Origin: Alphaproteobacteria bacterium
Lineage (GTDB): Bacteria > Pseudomonadota > Alphaproteobacteria > MPNO01 > UBA830
Length of the DNA stretch: 64,000 nucleotides
Direction: 5' to 3'
Assembly: GCA_965243135.1 (NCBI GenBank)
Contig: OZ251539.1
Span: forward strand, 2,944,001 to 3,008,000
The stretch's first letter is position 1; the number at the start of each line of letters is the position of its first letter. Position numbers and translations under genes: made by a program. This document shows, in pieces, positions 40,201 through 50,214 of this stretch. The notes beneath the pieces were generated by a model. The model did no database searches, was not told the origin of the DNA, and was given only the letters and a program-made list of their open reading frames with translations.

Positions 40201-40951
40201 CCGACAGATTGGCGGCGACGCGTTGTTCGTAGAAACGGCTTTTCTCGATGGAGCGCTCGTGGAACGTTCGCTCGTCCGCCGGTCCGGGACGGAAGCTGTT
40301 CCGCTGGAAGAGCAGCGAGAAAACCTTGAACCACCAGCGGCGCTCGTCGGGAGAAAGTTCTCCCGAAAGGCCGAGCGCTGCCGACAGATCGACTTCCAGA
40401 AACTGTTCGGCGATCGAGCGGGCGCCGGAAAAATAGAGTCGCCACCGTTCGCCGTTCGACAGGATCCCCCAGCGAATGGCGCCGTCCGTGAGGATTTCGG
40501 CGCGGCGGAGATAGTGGATCATCTGGTGCGACGGCGCGGACAGTCCGCCGCGGTCCGACGCGCGGTCCAGCGGGAGACGCCAGCGTTTCGCCTCGACGAT
40601 GGCGAGCCCGAGCGTGTAGCGGCGCGCTTCGTCGGCAAACTCGTTAGCTCGCATTTTCGCCGCGTCGTCGAGAAAAAGAAGCCCGTCCGGAACTTCGCTT
40701 CGCCCGCGGATCGAAAGGTTCTGCTGGCGAAGGTTCGCCGTCCAGCCGAGCCGATCCAGCACCGGCCAGATCAGGTCGTCCTCGGTCTGCGTCTCGTTCG
40801 GCGTCCCGCCCGTCGGAAAAACGTCGAAAATGCCGCGGATTTCCCTTTCGAGATCGTCCGCATCACCGAGACCGCGCCACTCCGGGGTCTCGGCGATAGT
40901 GTCGGTCAGGAAATCTTCAGCGAACAGGCTGCCGCGAATAGGTATGCTCAC
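36974..40951 (-). CDS. Type IIG (Eco57I-like) fused restriction endonuclease-methyltransferase
   Basis: VPDGLLF...VEAKRW nuclease motif, KSSGSYYTP, DPSMGSGHF, GNPPW. GTG at 40951 follows GGAGG. Confidence 0.9.
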   Translation of the reverse strand: MSIPIRGSLFAEDFLTDTIAETPEWRGLGDADDLEREIRGIFDVFPTGGTPNETQTEDDLIWPVLDRLGWTANLRQQNLSIRGRSEVPDGLLFLDDAAKMRANEFADEARRYTLGLAIVEAKRWRLPLDRASDRGGLSAPSHQMIHYLRRAEILTDGAIRWGILSNGERWRLYFSGARSIAEQFLEVDLSAALGLSGELSPDERRWWFKVFSLLFQRNSFRPGPADERTFHERSIEKSRFYEQRVAANLSETIFGRVFPVLAGAIAAGAPDAAAAEVREATLILLYRLLFILYAEDRDLLPVRDPRYADYALREKVRGEIGNRLNQGLPFSPATTRYWTAIDDLCRIVGEGDPRIGLPPYNGGLFDRRRMPLLERIRIGDDVMSEVIDILSYEGPGRRYINYRDLGVGQLGSIYERLLEQEIAREEGGIAIRPNLFARKSSGSYYTPDDLVGVVLRETLDPLIDARLDAFMDAARAGEKSLERLDPAEAILLLKVCDPSMGSGHFLVGVVDYLSDRTLAAIADAEAAVDGYRSPLNARIADIRRTVLANAEAGSWTIDPERLDDRHIVRRMVLKRCVYGVDKNPMAVELAKVALWLHTFTVGAPLSFLDHHLRCGNSLFGSWVREGTDRAAAHGSPLLLHEPLRRATSAEREMETIEALTDAEIAEADRSAEIFDDVRERTAPLDAFLSLVHALDWICEPEDTSAVHAFFDGQFGDPLDIALGRTGVAATGADAERFAGLLRRAFGLMADERFLSWQVAFPGVWRNWQARDREGGFDAVVGNPPWDRVKLQQVEWFAARRLEIAAATRAADRRRMIAAMEREEDPLAAEYDEARERAEAMARMARASNDYPLLSCGDMNLYALFVERAMALIRPEGIVGLLTPSGIASDKTAADFFKSVATAGRLRALYDFENKRGFFPDVDSRFKFCVFVASGSPTGAPARCAFYMHAVSEIPERSFPLTAAEFARVNPNTGTAPIFRTPRDAELTTAIYERLPVLVDRSGGEPVAVWPVTYTRMFDMTNDSHLFRMRWELEEKEGAWLVGGNRYDSPKGEWLPLYEGKMVQAYDHRAASVAVNRENVHRPAQPAPATAKQHQDPDWLPDPQFWVLKEGAELPGTSYVLGLKHVTSPTNMRSMIAAVLPVCGAGNSLPLLNVGEDPAGTTALLVANLNSVPLDYVVRQKVQGQNLNLFIIEQLPVVPRERYETINFGPKSAGEIVREAVLELTYTAHDMAPFASALDHVDGNGEVLPPFLWDEDRRLSLRAKLDAVFFHLYGVTDRDDVRYVYSTFPIVERQEAAAYGSFRSRELCLGWMNALAAGDPDAAIGL

Positions 40952-41109
40952 AGGCCTCCGCTCCTCGACGTTCCACCGCACTTGGCGACCTCCTTACCAT
41001 GCGCGCCGCGATTCAGGAACTCAGACGCGAAACGTGGGGTTAGCGATGCGGGAATTCTTGCCAACGCCCTGACGCCGGGCTTGTTCTTCCGGGGCTTGCG
41101 ACGCCCGCG

Positions 41110-41200
41110 ACAACGGCGAAACAATAGTGGCGGCCCTGCTCGACGCCGGTGCCAATGTCGAGGCGCGGACTAAATTCGGATCGACGCCCCGACGCCCCTG
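41110..41200 (+). pseudogene. Ankyrin-repeat gene fragment
   Basis: IVAALLDAGANVEARTKFGSTP. Confidence 0.55.
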
Positions 41201-42236
41201 CACATATGGGCACGGTCCAGCGCGTCCTTTTCCGTGGCGTCGGCGCTCGTCGACGCCGAAGTATATGCGCGGGATAGACGGGGCGTCTGCTGGCGGCTCA
41301 ACGACGCACGCTTCGAATGACCGCCATCCTGCAGCAAACAGGACCGTCAAGGAACCCAGGCAATACGCTTCCGCGAGACCCGCCGACGGCATACCCGGAA
41401 CGGCTTGCCGAAACTTCCGCGGGGCCGGGAGCGTGACTGAAACGGGCATGACCGGCGTCAACCGCCGCTCTATGGAAGCCTCGCCGAAGTTGCCCCGTAG
41501 AGGTTTTCAAGTCGGACTTCCGGGCGGCGGCGGAAAACAAAAATCCGCGCCGACCGTCCGGGAAGCCCCGACATGCCGAACCCGGCGTTCGCTTGCCCTT
41601 GTGGCGGGAGGATTTGGCGATGCGGAACGCCTGCGACTTCTTCTTCGCTTCCCGGCGGCGCGTCAAAGCATCGGGCGGCTGGACGACATGCCGAGTTCTG
41701 CGTCGGGATCGCTTCCGGCGCGACGAGGGCGGGTCCGGCGCGGCGGACGCCCGGAACGGGGATCCGTGGCTCCCGCAAAGGCGCTTGAATAGCGGAAGTT
41801 CGCCGCTCCCGGGGGCCGTGCAAGCGGCTGCCCTCTTTTCGGTCCGGCGGGCCGCTTATCCGATATTCTCCTCGGTTCGTTGCGGGCGCGTTCCCGCGCC
41901 GACGCCGCGCTCTTTCAGCAGCAAGGGATCCTGCGGCCAACCGGACCGCAACAACGCGGCACCGACGAGGGACAGCGTGCGATGGCGACAGCACGATGGC
42001 CTCGACAGCTCTCCCGGCATCGTTGAAATCCTGGTTCGGGGCGTTGTTGGCGGCTTCGGCATCGCCCGCGCCGCCCGGAGACGCACGCCAGTCTGCGCAG
42101 CCTTCTCCCGCTTCAGGGGGACGTCCGGCGCCCATAGCGGTCGGGGCAGGGCGACCGCGCTTTTTTCGTTGCAATGGCATCCGTCCCTGGCAGCATCGGA
42201 CTGGTCGCAACGATCGGACGCAGGGAAGGAGACGGG

Positions 42237-42539
42237 ATGCAGGAAGAAGAACGCCTTATTTCTCTTCGCGCCGAACTCGAGAAAGTGAAGGCCGCCGGGG
42301 GACCGAGTTACCGGGAAGCCGTCGAAAGGCTGCGCAGCGTCCTCTTGCAAAAGGTCGCGGAAGGCGCGACGTTGAAGGCGCTCGCCGCGCCGTTCGGGGC
42401 GAACGGGGTCAGGATCCGGGAAACGTCTCTCGCGGCGTTCGTCGAGACCGGCCGTTGGCCCGGACGCATACCCTTGCGGGAACGGATACTGGCGGTGACG
42501 GACGATCTCGTCGCCGAGGGAGAAAACGATGACCGATAG
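42237..42539 (+). CDS. Small helical protein, paralogue 1 (TraK/StbA-like DNA-binding candidate)
   Basis: RBS AAGGAG; LRAELEKV...KVAEGATLKALA...FVETGR aligns with the next gene. Confidence 0.65.
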   Translation: MQEEERLISLRAELEKVKAAGGPSYREAVERLRSVLLQKVAEGATLKALAAPFGANGVRIRETSLAAFVETGRWPGRIPLRERILAVTDDLVAEGENDDR

Positions 42540-42846
42540 CCGAAGCGTGAAGGCCGTGGACCTCGACCGGGACGCGCTGCGCACCGAACTGCGCAAGGTC
42601 AGGCCCGAGCGGGTGACCTACCAGGAAGTGCTGGAGGAAATGGCCGATCTGCTGAAGGAGAAGGTCGCGGAAGGCGCATCCGTCAAGGCGCTCGCCGAAG
42701 CTCTCGCGAGGCAGGGCATCAAGGTCGGGGAACGCGGGCTGAAGTCTTTCCTCGACACCGGACGACTTCCCGCGCGCAAACCTTCCGCGCCGAAGAAGCC
42801 CGGCCCCGAGGAATTCCTGAACCAGCCGGAGGCGACCGGCGCCTGA
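42529..42846 (+). CDS. Small helical protein, paralogue 2
   Basis: LRTELRKV...KVAEGASVKALA...FLDTGR; overlaps paralogue 1. Confidence 0.7.
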   Translation: MTDSRSVKAVDLDRDALRTELRKVRPERVTYQEVLEEMADLLKEKVAEGASVKALAEALARQGIKVGERGLKSFLDTGRLPARKPSAPKKPGPEEFLNQPEATGA

Positions 42847-43009
42847 AGCGCACCTCCCGTCAACGCCCCCATTTCAACTGCCGTCGGCAGTTGTCGTTGA
42901 CCCGGAGCATTCCCAGACTCCGCTGCGGCAAACACGTGGTTTGGTACGTCAGGCAGATGCCGGCCGGCCCCGGAAAGGATTGACCGTCAACTGCCGCTCC
43001 GGCCTCGCC

Positions 43010-43150
43010 AGACAGAACGACCCCGGACGGCTGCAGCGCGCCCTATGCTGGCCGCCGCCAATCATGTCGGCTACCGGAGCATCGGCGTCGAGCTGTCCGA
43101 GTGATATCCGGAATTGGCGGAACGGGCGATGCTCGAAGCGATCAAGTGCA
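43010..43150 (+). pseudogene. C-terminal remnant of an N4/N6 DNA methyltransferase
   Basis: LAAANHVGYRSIGVELSE*YPELAERA. Confidence 0.45.
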
Positions 43151-43725
43151 CACCCAGCTGTCGCGGAGCTTGCCTTCCCTGTGGAGCGTAGCAGTGCGGG
43201 TGCCCAGCTCGCCTCGCGGGTTCCTGCGAAAGTCCTCCACGCCGACGCGCCCGAGGTAGACTTCGGTGAACTTCACCGGTCCATCGCAGGTTCGGTCTCG
43301 TTGTCGACCCGGTAGACGAAGACGCACTTGCTCCCGCGCTCCGTGGATGTCCACCGCTCCGCCGGTTTTGCGCGTGCTCTTCACCTCCACGCCCGTTCTT
43401 CGGCCTGCACCGAGTTGCCCGCGTAGACGCCGTCGACGATCAGGTCGGGGTGGCAGTTGTGGTAGCTGTTCTCGACGAGCGCACGCGTGCCGCGCCATGC
43501 TCGCCATCATCATGTCGGAGCTGATGCAGGGGCGGCAATCCGTCGAAATCCCGTGCATTTACCTCAGCGCCGAAGCCCGCGAGGCAGCGCGTCACGTCCG
43601 AGGCCGCGCCTTCTCGAAGAAGGCCCGCGTGTTCCATTCCTCGCAGGCTGCCTGCGCGACCGCAACGGTTGTCGGCACAAACCACCAGACAACGCATGCC
43701 GCCGCCAGAATTTTCAACGTCATTT
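43145..43725 (-). pseudogene. Chimeric remnant: secreted ankyrin protein N-terminus joined to a PD-(D/E)xK endonuclease C-terminus
   Basis: Signal peptide MTLKILAAACVVWWFVPTTVAVAQA, then CEEWNTRAFFE and GAEVNARDFDGLPPLH; followed by HPDLIVDG...VEVKSTRK...RGELGTRTATL, with frameshifts. Confidence 0.5.
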
Positions 43726-44027
43726 CCTAGACGAGGGTTCCTGTATGTAGGATAAGGCGGAGCTTGGGGTGTTGCCCGTCCGTATGCAGCCGAGACTTAT
43801 GCGAATCTGCAAATCGATCACCGTGTTGTGCTGGATGGTGTTGCACCATACCCGGGAATTCATGATGCCCGCGCAGCTCGTGGGCGCACTCTCGGCGTGG
43901 TGATCAATGCTGCGAACCCGCCGAAGCTGGCGTCCGCACGCATGGCTACGCTCGGTTCGATCCAGAGCACGGAAGACAGTTGGCGGCCGGCGTCGAGCTG
44001 CATCGAAGTGGAGTCGGAGGCATACGA

Positions 44028-44912
44028 GTGACGGACAAGGTTACCTATAAAGATCCGCTCTACGTCTTGGCTCGGCTGGACACGGCGCTGAAGAAGGAAT
44101 GGCAGAAGTATATAGCGACACCTGTGACGTCGGATATGGCCCCAGATCACATGGTCGCGCAGGCTTGGGGATACGTCGTCGCGGGGTACTTTCTGATCGA
44201 GCAAGGCCTCAAGGCCATTCTTTACATGCGCGGTGGTAAGCCACCCAAAACACACGCACTGTCCGTCCTGTTCACCAAATTACCAGCTGAGGATCAGAAC
44301 GTCCTGAGGAAGCATTACGACGACTTCCGCCATGCGTTCCCTGGCATGAGTTCGTTTCCGCTGACAACGCTCGACGATTTTCTGGTGAACCTGGACGGTG
44401 GGCAGAATAGCCAAGGCCGGTACATCGGCTCCTTCGATTGGCGATACTTCCTGACGGAGTCGGGAAGCGGCATGTCGATGCCGTTTGTCAGCATCAACGT
44501 CATGCATGAGGTCGTGTACGGATGCGTGCAGTTGGTCGAGGCAATCCACAAGGGAGACAATGAGGCAGCCGGGACTACTTACAGTTGGCGACTCCGACAG
44601 TGGAGATCGAGGCTCCACCGGGACTGGTTGACGGTTCGCATGAATTCGCCAGGATGGGGACAGGAAGGAGATCGGATCGAGATCCTATGGGGACCGGACT
44701 ACAGCGGCCGGTACGACTACTTCGTGTTCAAAAGCGATAGGCGCCAGTCGTTCTTTGCGCCGCTTCCGAATGCGGAGAAAGTCAAATTAGCAATGATCGA
44801 TAAGCGGAAAGAGCTGGAGTCGTTCGACCCAAAGAAAGGATTTCGGAGCATCGGGACCTCAGTAAGCTGGTCGGTGGGGCGGCAGGAACCCGAGTTCCAT
44901 CTGATGTATTAG
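44028..44912 (+). CDS. HEPN-like domain protein
   Basis: IEQGLKAIL...KPPKTHALSVLF and FDWRY; GTG after GGAGG. Confidence 0.55.
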   Translation: MTDKVTYKDPLYVLARLDTALKKEWQKYIATPVTSDMAPDHMVAQAWGYVVAGYFLIEQGLKAILYMRGGKPPKTHALSVLFTKLPAEDQNVLRKHYDDFRHAFPGMSSFPLTTLDDFLVNLDGGQNSQGRYIGSFDWRYFLTESGSGMSMPFVSINVMHEVVYGCVQLVEAIHKGDNEAAGTTYSWRLRQWRSRLHRDWLTVRMNSPGWGQEGDRIEILWGPDYSGRYDYFVFKSDRRQSFFAPLPNAEKVKLAMIDKRKELESFDPKKGFRSIGTSVSWSVGRQEPEFHLMY

Positions 44913-45739
44913 GGCAAACATCGGGACAATACGAGCTCGTGGCTTCGTTCTTGTCGCGTCGCAGGTATTGAGCGGAAGATGAGAGGGGCATGGAGATATG
45001 TCGGTCACCCAAGACCTACGCTGATTTGTCCGACCTGTCGTTCTCACCTTACTCCGCAACGAGTCTGTTAGTAATGGTCGGTTCGCGGCTGATCCGCGCC
45101 CTCCAGTCCCTGACCGTCTCGGTATCGATTCCCGTCGTCTGGGCCACAGCTCGGTCGAGGCAGTCGCGCATGTCGTCATCGGCTCCATTGTTCCATGGTT
45201 TGACAGGCATGTGCTTGGTGCGCTCGTAGTCGACGGTAGGCGCGCCGAGCGTCATATTGCAGGCGGCGGGCTGGATGCCGTGCGGTTGACGTCGAGGCCG
45301 CTATGAGCGCTCACGATAATCGGCAGTTTCAGGTGCAAAATAATCGAGGATGCCGCGCCTAGAAGGAAGGCGTTTCCGTTTCCTGTCACGCCTGAGAGTG
45401 ATGGGGCCGGGAAACGCCGTTTTCTTTCAACACAGCCCGCAGCGCCATGGCGTGGCCCTGGAAGGCAACCAGTGAACTCGGCTGCTGTCATGAGCCTTTT
45501 GATCGAGCTCTTCAAATGTTTCCATCGATTACCATGCCCATGCAGGTCGCCGCGCTCGCTACAGAGAGATGATTCCCGGCCGTGCGCCGTAACTGTGACC
45601 CCCGTACACGAGGTCGTTGAGAAGCTGTTCCCGCACGCGAAAGAGGGGTGCGGCCGTCACTTGGCCTGTCGGCACGGCAAAACGGGCGTTCACATGCAGA
45701 AAATGCGCACTGCCTTCGAGTTCGAAACACGGGCTTGTC

Positions 45740-45960
45740 CAAAGCGCCGCGGGCGGTTTTTCTGGACTCAACCCGGAAGCCAGATTGCCGGAGGACACGA
45801 TCTCCAGGCGGTCGTCGTAGACCGTCACGCTCACGAGGCCGCCGCGAATCGCGTAGGGCAAAAGGCGTTCACGAGAGCCACCGACGCCGCCTGCACACCG
45901 GCGTTCCGCTTGCGAACGCGACAATCCTGTCCACTCTCTTTCGCAGCCTGTCCTCATTCA
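45740..45960 (-). pseudogene. Fragment of a RecG-C/HATPase_c_4-type ATP-binding regulator
   Basis: GGLVSVTVYDDRLEIVSSGNLASGLSPE. Confidence 0.45.
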
Positions 45961-46029
45961 TGGCCGTGCGGTCGATGCACTGGAGCTGATCCCGGGCGAA
46001 CCAGATCGGCAGAGACGATTCCCTGAACG

Positions 46030-46260
46030 ATTACAGTGGGGGCATCGTCGAGATCCTTCGGAAAGTTCGGCGGCTCCTGCCCGGACCGGCACGGTCTGGC
46101 TCAACGTCGGGAACTCCTACGCTTCCGGAAACCGCATATATCGGGCGGCTGACCGGAAGAACCGCGCCCGCGCCATGGCTGTTCGACCTCCGACGCCGGG
46201 AGGGCTCAAGCCGAAGGATCGGGATCCCCTGGCGTCTGGCGCTGCAGTCCGAACGGCAGG
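46030..46260 (+). pseudogene. Fragment of a beta-class DNA methyltransferase
   Basis: ILRKVRRLL...GTVWLNVGNSY...GLKPKD...IPWRLA across frameshifts. Confidence 0.5.
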
Positions 46261-46373
46261 CGGTTGCGAACGGTCTAGCATTGCGGCCCCACGGGCTTTT
46301 GGCCGGTTCCATCGTGCTGTGGTGTATTGAAGCGTGGCCCCGCAGCGCCCCGAGATACCGATGCGTCACCGGG

Positions 46374-47228
46374 TTAGAAGCGCATCCGGTAAGGTTCTGG
46401 CGTAGGCGGAGACGCCGGAAGCGGAGGCTGTGCCGGATCCTGCCACAAGGGCCGAAACCAAAGCGGCGAACCTTGGGGTGTCGTGATGTAGCGGCTCAAC
46501 AGCACGATCTTGCCCCATACGTCGATGTCCTCGGTCTCCGCATAATCCAGGAGTTCGGCATCGCTATGCGGAGAAAGTCGATCCATCGCATACGTGATGT
46601 TGTCGTCAAGGACGAGCCACCAAAAGTCGATTCCCTTCGCTCGCCCGTCTTTACGCACTTTTCGGGCTTTTGCGCTTATCGCCGAGGCGATTGCCCGACC
46701 CAGTTCGTCGCCATAAAGGATTCTGCCGATGTCCGTGCCCCACCAGTTCAAGGTTGGATTTACCGTCTCCGGCCCGACCGCAATCAATACGATGCCTCGT
46801 CCTGCTATCCTGTCCTGTGGACTGATCTGAAATTCCCGCCACGGTATATAGCATGCTTTCGTGGCTCGAACGGCCTCCCTTATTCTCTGCTTAAGTCGAT
46901 CCTTCGAAGATTTTGGAGGAAGCGGCTCCCTTTCGTCGTACTGGCAGATCCAATCAAAGCCCGAAACTATTTTCTCCTCTGCCTCGACCATTCGGATCAA
47001 CTTCTCGATCCTTCTGTGGAACGCCGTCTCCGCTGTTCTTCCCCAGCCATCTTCAATCTCCAACAGGCGCACTTCGACAGCGATTTTCTTGCCCATGAAT
47101 TCGCATGTGAAGTCCGGCGGACCTTCTCCGTGTCCCCGGCCCACATAGCGAATTTCGGTCGCCCCGATCTGCTTCAGCCACCGCTCGACGGGGATTTCGC
47201 TGTCTTTAGGTGTATCAGTGCACGCCAT
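46374..47228 (-). CDS. Hypothetical PD-(D/E)xK nuclease-like protein
   Basis: GEGPPDFTCEFMGKKIAVEVR motif; lower GC. Confidence 0.55.
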   Translation of the reverse strand: MACTDTPKDSEIPVERWLKQIGATEIRYVGRGHGEGPPDFTCEFMGKKIAVEVRLLEIEDGWGRTAETAFHRRIEKLIRMVEAEEKIVSGFDWICQYDEREPLPPKSSKDRLKQRIREAVRATKACYIPWREFQISPQDRIAGRGIVLIAVGPETVNPTLNWWGTDIGRILYGDELGRAIASAISAKARKVRKDGRAKGIDFWWLVLDDNITYAMDRLSPHSDAELLDYAETEDIDVWGKIVLLSRYITTPQGSPLWFRPLWQDPAQPPLPASPPTPEPYRMRF

Positions 47229-47624
47229 TCGCTTTCCTCCGCTTGCAGGCTATTTTGCGGACGCCAAGACGAAACCCCGTCCGCAACCTGTTTTCAACCT
47301 CGTCCGACTGAAACCAGAACAAAAATGTGGCTCCAGAAGACGCTTTTGGGGTTCAACTCGCCCGGCTCCTCGCTCACCCAATGTTCAGCCAATCCCTGTT
47401 CGAAGACGGAGTGGCGCTCAACCGCTTTCGGGTCTGCTCCACGGCGATTTTCAGTCGCACACATGTTTCCTCCCATCTCCCTCGGCAGGGATATAGAGAC
47501 CTTACGGCTGCCTCGCAACGGCGCAGTCAAAATATCCGGTTGTTGTTTTCGAGGGAACTACCGGTTATGTTTCCTTCCCTGTACCTGTTCCGCTTGGTGG
47601 AACTCAACAATGGAAAGAAGATCG

Positions 47625-47897
47625 ATGACGGGTTTTGACGAAAACCAACTCACGAAAGGCCAGCTTCGCAAACTGATGGCGCTGCGAAAATCCCTCGGCC
47701 CCGATATCGCCGACGAGGCGTTCGCGAAATGGATCGCCCGGCAAAGCAAATCGGTTCCTGAAGACCGCAATGCCGCCGTGATCGCCGAGGCGCTCATGCC
47801 GCTGGTCGAACAAGGCAAGTTGAGAATTCCGCGAGGAGGTTACCTCGTTCGCCGCGGCCGCGGCCGGGTGATCGCGGAGCCCGTAAAGGAAGAGTGA
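47625..47897 (+). CDS. Small basic hypothetical protein (90 aa)
   Basis: MTGFDENQLTKGQLRKLMALRKSLG...RGGYLVRRGRGRV; typical codon usage; purine-rich upstream sequence. Confidence 0.6.
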   Translation: MTGFDENQLTKGQLRKLMALRKSLGPDIADEAFAKWIARQSKSVPEDRNAAVIAEALMPLVEQGKLRIPRGGYLVRRGRGRVIAEPVKEE

Positions 47898-48004
47898 CCG
47901 CGGAACGGCGGCCGGCAACGACAGCCGCCCGCTGAGCAGCGGTCAGACGCCGCCGGCCCGAGACAGCGGAAAAACAGGATCGACCTCGGGGCCGCGCCCA
48001 TGTT

Positions 48005-48873
48005 CTGCTTCGGCCTGTCCCGCAACCCCCGCCTGACGGAGCGCATCGCCAGGCAGTTGCGCAAATCGCGCCGCCGCTGCGTCTCGACCGGCAAGGCGTC
48101 GCGGCGGTTCTGCGACTTCCGTTACCGGACCCGAAGGTCGTGGAGCCGGACGCGGCGGGTAGTCGCGAAGGGGCTGCCGGGTCCTCCGGCCTCAACGCCC
48201 GCTTCGTCGTGACTTCGCTGGGCTGCAAGCGGGCGGGGGCGCAGGCTCTCTACGAGGACCTGTACTGCGCGCGCGGGGAGAACCGGTCGCCGGATGCCGG
48301 AATCACACGGAGTTTCCGACCTGTACTGCGCGCGCGGGGAGAACCGCATCAAGGAACAGCAGCTCGACCTGTTCGCCGACTGGACCTCGACCGCGACCGG
48401 CGAACCAGTTGCGCCTCGACTTTGCGACGTTCGCCAGCCACCTGGTGGCGGCGATTCGGAGGGTTGGCCTGGCCGGCACCGGGGAGGACAGGGCGCAGGC
48501 CGGAACGATTCGGACGAAGCTCCTCAAGGTCGCCGTTTGCGTTCGGAGGGTTCTGCTCTCGTTTTCGCCGGTCTGGCCGTGAAAGGAGTTGTTGGCCCGG
48601 GTCCTGGCGAACCTGCAGGCGGCTGCGCCGCCGGCCCCGACCTGACGCTGCTCGCGGACAGCCCTTTTTTGAAAGCCGGAACGCCGGCCACGGGACAGGT
48701 ATGTTCGGGCGCTGGATTCCACGGCGTCGAAGTCGTCCGCAACCGCGCAAGTTTGCGTTTCGTTCACGAAAAAGCCTTGCTTGCCGACTGCGCCCTGCTT
48801 CCCCGGCTCGCCGGTCGTCCCGAAAACCGCGCCCGCAACCCGCATCCAACCCCCTGATTCGCTCTGATGCGGG
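48005..48873 (+). mobile_element. Partial IS1380 copy (3' half and right end)
   Basis: High identity to 1428-2225; same terminus CTCTGATGCGGG followed by CTAG. Confidence 0.9.
48257..48346 (+). CRISPR. Single repeat-spacer-repeat unit (29/32/29 bp) resembling type I-E geometry, inside IS1380
   Basis: GACCTGTACTGCGCGCGCGGGGAGAACCG at 48257-48285 and 48318-48346 flanks the unique 32-mer GTCGCCGGATGCCGGAATCACACGGAGTTTCC. The other IS copy has one repeat and no insert. CRISPR origin is inferred. Confidence 0.5.
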
Positions 48874-49329
48874 CTAGGGCGTTGCCGCATCTGAACGCCC
48901 CGACCGCGCCGCTCTGCGCCACGCTGTAGCGGGGTTGAAGATTCAGCGGCGCGACAGACCGAAGAACGGGTCGGTTTGGTTCGTGGCAAGCGTCTCCGCG
49001 AACTGCCCGCACCCGTCCGTCGTTCGGGCGGAATCACTTCACCGGTATGGCAACCCGCGAGTTCGCTCGTTCGTTGACGTTGTAAATCAGAACTTCGAGC
49101 GCCCGGAATGAAATGTTCGGTTTCGTGAACCCACGCTCGATGCGACCGGGGTATACGACACGGTTTCCTCACCTTGCGCAACTCCTTCTTGATCGCGTGC
49201 GCCTCCGTACTCGCGTTGGTGCCGGAAAGGCCGCCGCCGTTCCTATCGCGGTGCCCCGCTGGAAGCCTTTCGGCTTCCGGCGGCTCGCGGTCATTCGAGA
49301 ACCCGCACGACAAGCGCGTCGACGCACGG

Positions 49330-50210
49330 GCGCACCGTCATCTCGAACTCTCCCTTTTCGGCCGTCGGCGAGACATCGATTCGCTCGGCCAAAACTTCAG
49401 CAACGCGTCCCGCCGGGTTTCGTCGTTCGCGGCGGCGGCGGCGAACCCCTCAAGCACGCACTTCAGGGTCCAAAGCAGGTCCGCTGTCGAGCGTTCTTAC
49501 GGACGGCGCATGGACTTCACCTCGATCATCAGGGCGGCGACCGATCGCTCCAGATCACCGATGCGCCGCACGATCGCCCGGGGATCCTTTCCTCCCCGCT
49601 CGATGCTCTCAACCAGCAGCGCTATCCTTTCCCTCCCGCCTTCGATCTTCGCCTCAAGGCGGTTCCTTACTTTGCTCGTACTCGCGGATTGCGGAAGCGA
49701 GCAGCGCGTAACCTTCCCGCCACGCTTCGACCCATCAGTGCGCGGAGCGCCCGGTCTTCCGTCCACCTGACGTCGATGCGTATCCCGTTGTCGCAACCCC
49801 GCCTGTCGTACCACCTCTTGCAGGCGCAGCCTCTGCCGCTCCCTGATGGCACCGCCGCAGGTGAGCACTGCCGTCAGGGGATGCGGAACGCGTTTTCCGC
49901 CCTCCGGGACCGGTCGCTGCCTGCGTGACCCCGCAACTGCGCCCGCTCCCAGAGCTCGTCGCCCCGCGCCGCAAATACGGCACTTTCGGAACCGTCCACT
50001 CGGATTCCGGCACGGGACGCGGACCGCTTCGCCCCGCCTTGGGGTCTGTAAACCGGCGGATCCGGCCGTACACCAGAATCCCGCCGTACAGCTTGTTGTG
50101 CAGTATGCCGATCCCACGCTTCCTCCAACCCGAGGGGGCCCATTCGCACCATTCCCTGCTCCTCGAACCCGGAACGCCTCCTCGTTGGGGATCCGGCGGT
50201 CTCGCCCTCG
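49330..50210 (-). pseudogene. Degenerate large serine recombinase, C-terminal part
   Basis: GILHNKLYGGILVYGRIRRFTDP...PESEW and IALLVESIERGG...RRIGDLERSVA match the intact recombinase at 57815-59341. Confidence 0.8.
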
Positions 50211-50214
50211 GGGA

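Noticed and set aside
46281-47624. 538-aa plus-strand ORF
   Set aside because: Mostly antisense to 46374-47228; only the last 90 codons look coding.
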